A stretch of DNA of 64,000 nt from Octopus vulgaris (lineage: Eukaryota), in assembly GCA_951406725.2 (NCBI GenBank), contig OX597829.1:40672001-40736000 (forward strand), in the 5' to 3' direction. A program made the position numbers and the translations under genes. The notes under the pieces are model-generated. The model saw only the letters and a list, made by a program, of their open reading frames with translations, had not been told where the DNA came from and did not search any database. The number at the start of each line of letters is the position of its first letter. Positions within the stretch are counted from its first letter, which is position 1. This document shows, piece after piece, positions 52,917 to 64,000 of this stretch.

Positions 52917-54681
52917 TATGGCTCCAGAACTCCAGATTTTTATGTTACCGGAATAAACAAACTTGTAACTCGTTGGCAAAAATGTTTTGATTTTAATAGT
53001 ACTTACTTTGATCAATAAAATTTCCGCATTGTTAAAATATATTGTGTTGAATATATCATGTTTCAAAACATTGCTTACATTTTACTCAGCCTGATATATA
53101 TATATATATATATAATTATTATTTGAGGGAATAAAATCCAACCTTACAAGGAAAACAAATTCAATTTAGAAATACTAAATCAAATTTCACACAATATAAT
53201 ATATATATAAAAAATTAGAAAAAAACACCTTTTATCAATTCAAAATGAACAATTAAATTACACCATCTAGAAAATTACATATAATAGAAATATTAAAATT
53301 AAATAACAATAAAATGTCAATGATTAAGTAAATTGCAAAAAAATAATAAAAACGTATATAATTTATATATACATATATAATTGTGAGTGGATTTGGTAGA
53401 TGGAAACTGAAAGAAGCCTGTTGTATATATGTATACATATATATGTATGTATGTGTGTGTATATGTTTGTATGTCTGTGTTTGTCCCACCAACATCGCTT
53501 GACAACCGATGCTGGTGTATTTACGTCCCCGTAACTTAGTGGTTCAGCAAAAGAGACCGATAGAATAAGTACTAGGCTCACAAAGAATAAGTCCTGGGGT
53601 CGATTTGCTCGACTAAAGGTGGTGCTCCAGCATGACAACAGTCAAATGACTGAAACAAGTAAAAGAATACAAGAATATCATCATCCTCATTGTTTAATGT
53701 CTGTTTTCCAAGCTGGCATGGGTTGGATGGTTTGACTGAGGTCCGGAACGCCAGCGGCTGCAGCACCAGGCTCCAATCTGATCTGGCAATGTTTCTACAA
53801 CTGGATGTCTTTCCTAATGCCAACCACTCTGTGAGTGTAGTAGGTGCTTTTTACGTGCCGCCGGCACAGGAGCCAGTCAGGCGTCCCTGGCATCGTTCAT
53901 GTTCGGATAGTGCTTTTTACGTGCCACTGGCACTGGAGCCAGTCAGACGGACCTGGCATCAACCGCGTTCGGATGGTATATTTTACCTGCCAGCAGCCAC
54001 CATGGGAGCCAGTCAGTGGGCACTGGCTGTGGCTGTGGTTTTGGTTTTACTTGACTCAACAGGTCTTCTCAAGCATATCATATCGCCCAACGCATCAAGG
54101 GTACTTTTACATATATATATATATATAGGCTATGTTCACCTGGTTTGAATTTAATTATGCTGAATAATTCAAACTATCTAATCTTGCCAAATATAATCAC
54201 CTCCCACTCAGTCACACCCCCCATTACACACATATACACACGTGCACACACACACATACACATACACACACACACACATATTCACACTCTTCTCTTTGTC
54301 AGTGGTGATATCTTCATTGTCCTCGCATTCCAAAGTCCTGGAGGCGAGAAAACAGAACAGTTCATGCCGCTGCCTCCACCACCACCACCAACAACAACAA
54401 CTCCCTCCCTCCTTCCCCACCGCACACACACACACACACTCTTCAGAATTAGTTTGTTGCATACCGTCTCCACCCAGTTACACCTAACCAATACCCACCT
54501 TGTGGCTGTCACCCCATATTATGCTCTAACCGCACTACCTCCACCCTACATATTTGTTTCTACTAATCCTTCTTCTCGAATTGTCTACACCGAGAAGATG
54601 GGGTGGGAATCCTCTTTTATGTTGAGAGGTTGTTTTGTTTTGTTTTTTTGTTTCTTTTATATTTTGTTTAAAAAAATCTAT

Positions 54682-55095
54682 AGGTGCAGGAGTGGCTGTG
54701 TGGTAAGTAGTTTGCTTCCCAACCACATGGTTCCGGGTTCAGTCCCACTGCGTGGCACCTTGGGCAAGTGTCTTCTACTATAGCCTCGGGCCGACCAAAG
54801 CCTTGTGAGTGGATTATGTAGACGGAAACTGAAAGAAGCCCGTCGTATATATGTATATGTATATATATGTATGTATGTGTGTGTTTGTGTGTCTGTGTTT
54901 GTCGCCCTAGCATCGCTTGACAACCGATGCTGGTGTGTTTATGTTGCCGTAACTTAGCAGTTCGGCAAAAGGGTCTGATAGAATAAGTACTAGGCTTACA
55001 ATGAATAAGTCCTGGGGTCAATGTGCTCGACTAAAGGCAATGCTCCAGCATGGCCACAGTCAAATGACTGAAACAAATAAAAGAGTAAAGAGTAA
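54682..55095 (+). mobile_element. Family-A SINE
   Basis: Full-length match. Confidence 0.9.
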
Positions 55096-55332
55096 TAATG
55101 GTGAACTTGGCGTAGTAACTTTGTCATTTTGAAACGAAAATTAACATAAAATTTTGAAGGAAAGTTTTAATTTAGATCACTTTAACCCTTTTGTTACCAT
55201 ATTTCTCTTGAAATAAATATACAGCCTTTGTGTCAATTTTGAAAACAATGAAAAAAGTTAGTGAAATAACTTTGTCATTATTAAGCTGGTGTTTAGAACA
55301 TAATTTAGCATGACAATATATATATAACAATA

Positions 55333-55539
55333 CAAGGGGGCGCTGAGAGTTCTTGGCTTTTAGTAAAAGAAAATACAGGAAGATAAGCTAATTATGATTT
55401 TATTCCACTCTCAGAGTCACACACTTATTGCAGAAGTCCTTCAGTTTTTCTAAGCCCTGTAAAAGAACATGGGAGGTTGGGTCTTCAACCAGGCCCTTTG
55501 CTATACCCTTAAAACCAGGAACTTTTCAGCACCCCCTTG
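55333..55539. mobile_element. Mariner-type MITE
   Basis: TA|CAAGGGGGCGCTGAGAGTTCTTGGCTTT ... AAAACCAGGAACTTTTCAGCACCCCCTTG|TA. Confidence 0.8.
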
Positions 55540-57019
55540 TAAGTTTGTATCATAGAAACAAAGGTTGTTTGTCTCTGGCGGGTCAGTCTCAAAAGGGCTA
55601 AAATTAATAATTGACAAAAATATATGACAGTTCAATGATTTCTCCCAAATATTGCAAATAAGCCTTTTATTTTTCCCAGAAAGCCGTAACTTCTCAATCT
55701 CTGGCCTTCCCTCTGAATCTTCATCTTCTTGCAGCACACAAACTAGAAATGTTTCAGCTGGATGAACATCAATCATCTTCTTCACTAAGTTTTTTTTATG
55801 GTCCATGCAGGTCACTGACATTTCCCCATTATTAGACTGTGGCCTAGCTGGGGCACCAACTCGAAGAATTTTAGTCAAATGAATTGGTCCCGTTACTTTT
55901 TGGCTTTTTTAAAACCTAGTTCTTATTCTATTCAGACGCAAAGACACTCATACATAGATTATCATCATCATCATCATTTAATGTCTACTTTCCATGCTGG
56001 CATGAGTTGGACAGTTTGATGATGGGGGGGGGGAGGGGGGCAGTAATTCATGGTTTGAAAAATACATCATGAGCTTTCTTTCCTTGGAACAAGAATTAGA
56101 TACATCATAGCGATAAAAGCAAGAGGAAGTGTTCATGGTTAATGAAAATGTCCAAGGTTAGCCAGTGTTCTGTAAGAATATCCTAAAAAATGTTTTACAG
56201 ATCTTACAATTACTATTTTCTTGAACACTCCACTGACTGTCTTCATTGGTAATATTGTCAATGTCTTTTCTGAAATGATTGCGTATTAATTCCAGTTGTG
56301 TCAGTTATAAATGAATTTATTAATATACACTTTTTGGGTGTATATCAATCATTTAGTATCACAACTAAGTCAGTGTAATTTCTGCTTCAGCACAACACTA
56401 ACTAAACAAACATATTTTCATCTCTGGGGAAAATAATCCATATTAGTCTAGTCTCTAGCCTTTCGTGTATTCCATATGGGAGGCCATACAAGGAGCTTGG
56501 GGTTGCTCCACATACTCCAATAAGGATTATTTTGGTTCCTTCTCGAGCCACGCCTGGCTCATAAGGGCCGGTTTCCTTGACGTATAGGTTCCCCACCTGG
56601 ACGGGACGCCAGTCCGTCGCAGGTGAGCTGCAAGATGCAGGAGGAAAGAGCGAGAGAAATTTGTGGCGTAAGAGTCAGCAGAAGTTCACCATTACCTTCT
56701 GCCAGAGCTGCGTGGAACTTAGTTGTTTCACTCATAAACACACTCATTACCTAGTCTGAGATTCGAACCCGCGATCGCAAGTCCACTGCTCTAACCACTA
56801 GGCCATGTGCCTCCATTGTTTTGGTTAGTAAAGTAAAGGACAACATTAACCTTTTCACATTCAGATTTCTTTGTCACGTGTAATAATTGTTTATTCACAC
56901 TGTTTTTGATTAATCAGGCATTGTCTTGTAACTTCATGATTTCAATGGCATGTTTGTATAATTTTAGAATGACATTGTAGGGTAAGTGTGAGAGGCTGGA
57001 TCTGGTCAGTTTTAAATAT

Positions 57020-57298
57020 ATCGGAAACTACCACCTGTGTCATCTCTTGTGAAAGGTGGAAGAGCCCAGTTTGCTGGACATTGTTGTAGAGCTGAAAACG
57101 AGGCAATTTCTACTCTTTTCCTCTGGAAGCCATCTGCTCGCGATACCAGAGGACGCACACTCTCCTACCCTGATGTAATCTCCAGGGATACAGGCATCCA
57201 GCAACAGGACCTCCGTAATGCTATGATGGACCGTGAAGTCTGGCGTAGCATGGTAAATTCCATTGTCTTGACCATGGTCGAACAATGATGATGATGAT
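57020..57298 (+). mobile_element. RTE-group LINE 3' end inserted in a piggyBac-like MITE
   Basis: KLPPVSSLVKGGRAQFAGHCCRAENE..DLRNAMMDREVWR, (GAT)n tail; flanks 56847-57358 resemble the 46772 MITE reversed. Confidence 0.85.
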
Positions 57299-57558
57299 TA
57301 ACATAAAACTGGTAGAATATTTGGGTCAGATATGGTCGGATTAAGTGCCAAAGAGTTAATGACTTCTTATTGCTCCCTGGACAGTCTATACCACCTGTCT
57401 TTTACAACCCTGTCTTTTTGATGTACAGAAGTTAGGTATCAGGCTTATTGTGTGATTTGTGGCACCTTTTTTTTTTACCTTTTTTAAATAGATTCCTCAT
57501 ATTACAGCTTATGTAGAGTAGATCTGTCATGCTCCTGTTCAGTATCACAAATCTATAT

Positions 57559-57791
57559 ATTTCTTTACTGCCCACAAGGGGCTAAACATAGAGGGGACAA
57601 ACAAGGACAGACAAAGAGATTAAGTGGATTACGTTGACCCCAGTGCGAAACTGGTACTTTATTTATTGACCCCGAAAGGATGAAAGGCAAAGTCGACCTC
57701 AGCGGAATTTGAACTCAGAACGTAACGACAGACGAAATGCCACTAAGTGTTTCGCCCCGGCACGCTAACGTTTCTGCCAGCTCACCGCCTT
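57559..57791 (-). mobile_element. Family-B SINE with ~17 bp TSD
   Basis: gtatcacaaatctatat occurs on both sides. Confidence 0.88.
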
Positions 57792-59238
57792 AGATTTGTA
57801 TCACAAATCTATATGTTGTAACTAGCACTGCAGATGTGTTGATAAGTACAGAGAGTTATTTTTATTTCCCCCCTCTCTCTTTCGGAGAGGTGCTGAGCAC
57901 CTACACACACACGGCAGTAACTCCCGCCTACCGAATTCAATCACAAAGCTTCGGTCGGCTCGGGACTATAGTGGAAGACACCTGCCCAAAGTGCCACGCA
58001 GTGGGACTGAACCCGGTCAAAGTTTTTTTTTTTTGTTTTTTGGGGTTTTTTTTTTCTCATTCAGGCACCTTCCACACAAAATACAGGTTCTACTCTCGTC
58101 TATGCCGAAACATTTGTAAAATATGGAAATCCAAATTATTCAGTTCCTTCACTGCTTATTCTTCTTACTCATTTTCTTGTTAGAATTCTTGCTTTTGCTC
58201 CATTGCAAAAAAGACGTATCTCGGTCTCCATACTAAACTACTTAACATTACCGAAGAGACTTTCAAGCTGAGGACATTCATAGAATACAATTTCATGGTA
58301 GATGAACTTAGTCTTTTCCCTCATCTCACTTTCCCCACCTGTAGTTTTTTTTTCATTTTTAATTAGCCCACTTACAGGTAAACAAGCTTAGGGTGAAAGG
58401 AAATCTAGAAATGTTGTCTGAGCAACCAAGAAACAGCATGATTGATTGTTCCTTCATTAACTCACATATTCTGCCGTAATATTTCGTTTCATCCGTATAC
58501 ATTTCAGCGTACATATTTTTGGAAGTTTCTGGTGGTGAAGGCGTCGAAACCAAAAGAGATTTTGTCAGTTTCAACCTTTGAGTCCTCTCTGCTTCTCAAC
58601 AATTGTTCAGATTTTTCTTTATCAGTTTCACCTTCAACTAGTCTTGTTAGGTATTTACAATGTAAAGGATTTTCTTGCCAATGTTTTTAACTTGACACTT
58701 TCAAATAATCCCCATTTCAGGTGTGTGTCCCCACTACACCTTAGCTCTTAACACCTGTTTATTCTTTAAACCTGTGTTTAATATTTATTGTCTTTGCTGA
58801 AGACAGCAGTTTTTTTTTGTTTTGTTTTTTTTTGTTTTCTTTACATTTGAATATAATCCTTTGTGTGTCAGCTTTTTGGATAGTATAATTCTAAAGGCAG
58901 TCATTATGTTTCTTATTTTCCTGTCATGTCCTGCCCAGTTCACTTTGCATTCAGTTTAACTTTTTAGACTGTCCAAAGCATTTTCATAACTTTGTCCTAA
59001 ATATCCATGCTTGTTTTTCAGATTTTTAGTTAGCCCTTGTTTGATATGTTCTGAATAATACAAAGCTTTGTGATTGGAAAAAAAAAATTATGAATGCGTA
59101 TCATATATATGATTATCAGGTATATATGGTTACCAGGGAAATATATTTTGTGTGTTACGTGTGACATACAGGTAGAACAAAGAGTGAAGCAACATTTTGA
59201 CTATAACTTATTACTGGAAATACTAGGTTGTCCATACC

Positions 59239-59691
59239 TATTTCTTTACTACCCACAAGAGGCTAAACACAGAGAGGACAAACAAGGGCAGACAAACAAA
59301 CGGATTAAATCGATTATATCAACCCCAGTGCGTAACTGGTACTTATTTAATCAACCCCGAAAGAATGAAAGGCAAAGTCAACCTCGGCGGAATTTGAACT
59401 CAGAACATAGTGGCTGACGAAATACCGCTAAGCATTTCGCTCGGCATGCTAACGATTCTGCCAGCTCGCTGCCTTAGTTTTTTTATAAACAGCAGGGATC
59501 GCCACCAGCCCCTGCTGGAGGCCATGGAGCTTTAGGTGTTTTTGCTCAATAAACACTCAAACCCATGCTAGCATGGAAAGCGGACGTTAAACGATGATGA
59601 TGATGATGATGATGAACGCTCGGTCTGGGAATTGAAATCGCAATCCTACGATGCGAGTCCGCTGCCCTAACCACTGGGCCATTGCGCCTTC
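59239..59691 (-). mobile_element. Composite of family-B and family-D SINE parts with a family-C tail fragment
   Basis: Whole block flanked by the direct repeat taggttgtccatacctatt. Confidence 0.75.
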
Positions 59692-59870
59692 ATAATAGGT
59701 TGTCCATACCTATTGACTTATTCTAAGTATTAACCTTCTGTGACTATAACAGTCCTTTTTTTCGTTTGTGTGTGTTTTATTTGGATAGTTCACGGGTCCT
59801 TTAGTATTTCTAATACTTTGGTTAGTTCAAATGCTTTATCTCTTGTCTCTTTATCTAATATTATTCTAGT

Positions 59871-60033
59871 AGTGGCTGTGTGGTAAGTAGCTTGCTAACC
59901 AACCACATGGTTCCGGGTTCAGTCCCACTGCGTGGCATCTTGGGCAAGTGTCTTCTGCTATAGCCCCGGGCCGACCAATGCCTTGTGAGTGGATTTGGTA
60001 GACGGAAACTGAAAGAAGCCTGTCGTATATATG

Positions 60034-60070
<37 letters not shown>

Positions 60071-60285
60071 GTGTCTGTGTTTGTTCCCCTAGCATTGCTT
60101 GACAACCGATGCTGGTGTGTTTATGTCCCCGTCACTTAGCAGTTCGGCAAAAGAGACCGATAGAATAAGTACTGGGCTTACAAAGAATAAGTCCCGGGGT
60201 CGATTTGCTCGACCAAAGGCGGTGCTCCAGCATGACCGCAGTCAAATGACTGAAACAAGTAAAAGAGTAAAGAGTAAAAGAGTAA
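59871..60285 (+). mobile_element. Family-A SINE
   Basis: Near full-length match. Confidence 0.9.
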
Positions 60286-60807
60286 TCTTCTTAATTTTCC
60301 TTTCTTCAAACGTTTGCATAGTGCATTTTTCTAAACCAAATTTCATATCTGTTTCTCTAGTGAATCTTTATACCGTCCAAAGAATGTTTCCACCTCAGCA
60401 TACATCTTGAAATTGTCTATATATAGAAAGTATGGTCTCTTATCCTTCCATAACATTTGTATCCAAACGCTATGATTAGTTGTGCTAGCGCTTCAACATT
60501 TATACTGGCTGTATCCAGCCAAAATGTTCTCCCTGCTTTATTATGTTCAAAACTGGCTAGATCTAATTTCTCAGAATAACCTTACAATGTCGTTCTAAAA
60601 ATTAAGTTATCTCATCAAAATCTCATAGCTACAAGATAATGCAGGATTAATTCAAAACAATGCGAATAAATAACAATTACATTTCACAGAATAATGTGAA
60701 TGCTTGAAGGGTTAAATGCCTGGCTGGAAAGAAGTGGTGATGGGGAGTGCACTTGGAATATCATTCTTCGAATAGGGACCACAACTGATTTTATTAATTC
60801 TTTCTTT

Positions 60808-61215
60808 GAATCTTTTCGGCAGTTTTTTAAAATAATTTCCATGTAACTAAACACTTTTAAACTTCATATACTGGTAGAATGTGTTTATAAAACATCTTTT
60901 TCTCTTGGCTTTATTGAGAAAATTCTATGGTTTGTAAGATATTTGTTGTTGTTTTTTCTTCAATTTCTGCAATTTCAACCAATCAATGACGTCTATTGAG
61001 GTAAAAAAAAACATTCTGTGCCGTATGAATATGTCCCTCGTTTAAGAAACAGATTGGGTTTATTTACATTTGTGAAGAAAAAAAGATACCCTTCCCCCTC
61101 CCCTAACCCTAAAACAGATTGAAATGCAATAGATCGATACTAGGGTCATAATTATGGGTGACAATTTCATATGACACCGCTAGAAAAAAAACTGCCATTC
61201 AAACCGAAAAGATCC
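60808..61215. mobile_element. Second copy of the Merlin-like MITE
   Basis: Highly similar to 6387-6801; left TIR partly deleted; right end AAACCGAAAAGATCC. Confidence 0.8.
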
Positions 61216-62496
61216 CCTTCTTCTATTTGTAACCACAGAATTGTTTGTCATTTTATTTGTGATGTGATTGGTTTGCCATTTATATCATGGCTACTATTTT
61301 CATGATCCACATAATAGGAAACAATATCAAAAGCCAAATGGTTGCCGATCCATTTCATACTCAAATTCATACCTGTTCAGTTTCTCAAATGTTTTCAGAA
61401 ATATGCTTTTGCCAAGAGGTGGTATTTTGGTGATAAAAATCATCATCATCATCATCATCATTATTGGATTTTTTTGTAAATTTTTCATTCCTTTTAGTGT
61501 TCCCTCATCTAGAGCTCTGCACATGTGGCAAATAATTAAATTATTGCTTCTGACAGAGTGGAAGCATAACTTTATTATGTGTCTGATAATTATACAAACA
61601 TACATTCGTAAATACACGCATGCGCACACACACTCGCACACTCACACACACATACACACACTCATGTTGTTGTCATTGGATGCAGTCATAAAAAAGCATC
61701 ACCAACATCCACTTCCTACAGAAGATGAGACCGAGATGAACTAGAAACATTAATGGTGTTAGGGATGTCAGTGTTCCAAGCTAAACGGAAAGGACTGCGA
61801 ATGAAAAATCATTGATTAAGAAAAATTACAGAGAAACAAAATCAATGTTTTCAACATGTTTGGATGAAAAGTTGCTCCCTATAGATGTATGTCATCACCA
61901 TCATCATTGTCAGCACAATTTCAACATCCACTTTTTTCGTGTTCACGATCAGACAAAATTTGTCGAAACAGATTTATCTACAACCAGATGCCCTTCCTGT
62001 TGCCAACAGTCGACTTTTTTTTTTCAAGCAAGGTAATATTTCTTTTTCCATGACCAGAGATGCTTTTCATGGAAGACAGGAAACGAAAGACACCACTTGT
62101 ATGAAGGTGACATTCCTTTACAACCATCATGCTAAGTCAAAGCAACAACACAGTAACACGCACACGCATACACACATATACATATGCAATGGTCTTCTTT
62201 CAGTTTCTCTCTACCAAATCCTCTCACAAGGCTTTGGTCTGCTCATGTCTATTGTTGAAGGCATTTTCCCTAGCTGCCAAGCAGTGGGACTGAGCCCAAA
62301 ACCATGTGGTTGGAAAGCAAACTTCACACCACACAGCCATGCCCACCCTACATATCTATCTATCGGTCAGTCTGTCTCACTGTCTCTTTTTGTCTGTCTA
62401 ACTCTATCATTTTATCTGTGTATTTAATATCTATCACCGATGCTAGCATGGAAGGTGGACGTTAAATGATGATGATGATGGTGATGATGATGATCT

Positions 62497-62870
62497 GGCC
62501 AGGAGTGACTGTGTGGTAAGAAGCTTGCTTCCCACCCATGTGGTTCTGGGTCCAGTCCCACTGCATGGCACCTTGGGCAGGTCTTCTGTAACCTTGGACT
62601 GACCAAAACCTTACAAGTAGATTTTGTACACAGAAGTTGAAAAACACTATTGTATTTGTGTGTTTGTCGCCCCCCCCCCCATCACACTTGACAACCGGTG
62701 TTGGTGTGTTTACATCCCTGTAACTTAGTGGTTTGGCAAACGAGACCGATAGAGTAAGTACCGAGCTTTAAAAAGTAATAAGTTCTGGGATCAATTCATT
62801 CGACTTAAAATTCAAGGTGGTGCCCCAGCCTGGCCGCAGTCTTAAAGACTGAAACAGATAGAGGATGAAA
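62497..62870 (+). mobile_element. Older family-A SINE
   Basis: Diverged head and tail ggtggtgccccagcctggccgcagtc..gactgaaaca. Confidence 0.75.
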
Positions 62871-64000
62871 GACACGTGTGTGTGTGTGTGTGTTTCCATT
62901 AATATAAGTATGAAGATGATGGTTTACATTGTTTGATTGTACGTGTGTGTTTCTAAATCTCTATGTATGATGGCTGTGTACCAATACATGTCACTGCCTT
63001 GTATACATAATCTGTGTGTGTGTGTGTGTGTGTTCTTATGTCCACATGACAAATCTTTGTTGAGATCTTATATTGTCTTAAGTAGCCATTCTCTCCAGAA
63101 TTGAATTTTTCCCTTGTTGTTGTTGTTGTTGTTGTCGTTGTCTCATATTTAAACTTATCATTTACTATACACAATTTGTCGATTTTTTTTTTTTTTTTTT
63201 TTAGTTAATTAATTCTCTTTAGTTGCGGCTGTTGTTGTTATTATTATTATTATTATTATTATTGCTGTTCTTGTTGATATTGTCATCATAGTGCTGGTGC
63301 TATTGTTGAATTAGATAACTGTGATTAACAGTCATCCACAACAAGATTTCTTCCTGAAGAATATGGAGAAGAATGGAGAATTCTTTGTAATTTTTTTACA
63401 CTCAAGATGTGTTTTTTTTTTAAAGTAGTTATTTAATTTCTCCCTCCTATTAACCAGAGTTAAGTTTTGTCATTTTCCATAGCATCATTCTCCACACTTC
63501 TTCCTCTCTCTTTCTCTCTCTCCATAGATTCTATAACTGACTGGCTTTTTAATTAAATATAGAGACAGACAGACATATATTTAATTACTGTTAGCTGTTA
63601 CACTGATTTTAAGTAACAGGTTTGTTTTTTTTTACTTCAGATCCTTTCATACAACCACTGTGTCACTTTAACTGTAATCACTCAAAAGTTCCTTGGATCC
63701 TAGGGCCACATGCCGTGCTTGAGAAGACCTATTGAGTCATGTACATCGAAATCAAATCACATACAAATGGAAATTGTAGTTGTGATCCCCGTGCCGGTGG
63801 CACATAAAAAGCACCGCTCGAACATGGCCGATGCCAGCACCGCCTTGATTGGCTTCTTGTACTGGTGGCACATAAAAAGCATCCACTACACTCATGGAGT
63901 GGTTGGCGTTAGGAAGGGCATCCAGCTGTAGAAACACTGCCAGATCAGACTGGAGTCTGGTTCAGCCGATGATAATATATATATATATATATATATATAT

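Larger units (their letters stand above)
51208..53094 (+). mobile_element. Full-span decayed mariner (Hsmar1/cecropia-like) with nested insertions
   Basis: ~33 bp TIRs (aggttgagtaaaaagtaagtaatgttttcaa / ttcaaaacattgcttacattttactcagcct) in TA context; pseudo-transposase IRAILLFIFKKGRKAAETT, SLED..SGRPS, FLDHIVTCNEKWILYNN, PILLHDSARPH, SPDLSPTDYHFFKHLD, GINKLVTRWQKC. Confidence 0.92.
58430..60470 (-). mobile_element. Highly decayed R4/Dong-clade LINE interrupted by SINEs
   Basis: Collinear remnants: FGYK..FLYIDNFKMYA..DMKFGLEKC (RT YMDD region, about 60300-60470); WQENPLHCKYL..DKEKSEQLLRS..ET..TTRNFQKY; GRIC.LMKE..GCS (CCHC region, 58430-58690). Confidence 0.7.

Noticed and set aside
63641-63735. 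Acceptor-like ttttttacttcag as a next KLF exon
   Set aside because: The phase-compatible frame runs into RTE-derived sequence and stops, with no KLF similarity.

Overview
Eukaryotic, AT-rich, microsatellite- and SINE-dense genomic DNA. The repeat landscape resembles a coleoid cephalopod, probably Octopus; this is inferred from memory of the repeat families, not from a database search. The one convincing host gene signal is two + strand coding exons (36917-37120 and 37864-37969) with canonical splice sites. They encode an Ala-rich N-terminus followed by QTEPVDLSLNK, the CtBP-binding signature of KLF3/8/12-type Kruppel-like repressors. No zinc-finger exons were found, so the rest of the window is probably a >26 kb intron. 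Almost everything else is mobile-element debris: at least three tRNA-derived SINE families, LINE fragments (RTE, CR1, R4/Dong, HERO-like, Penelope-like), two decayed mariners, piggyBac-, Merlin- and mariner-type MITEs, and Helitron-type elements. Most long ORFs in the track are (TA)n/(CA)n/(GATA)n artefacts. I found no new multi-gene system. The best leads are SINE-LINE tail sharing, a locally templated insertion, an intronic inverted repeat, a fold-back/triplication locus, a hammerhead-like motif and a candidate intronic regulatory module. Repeat boundaries are read by eye and approximate.
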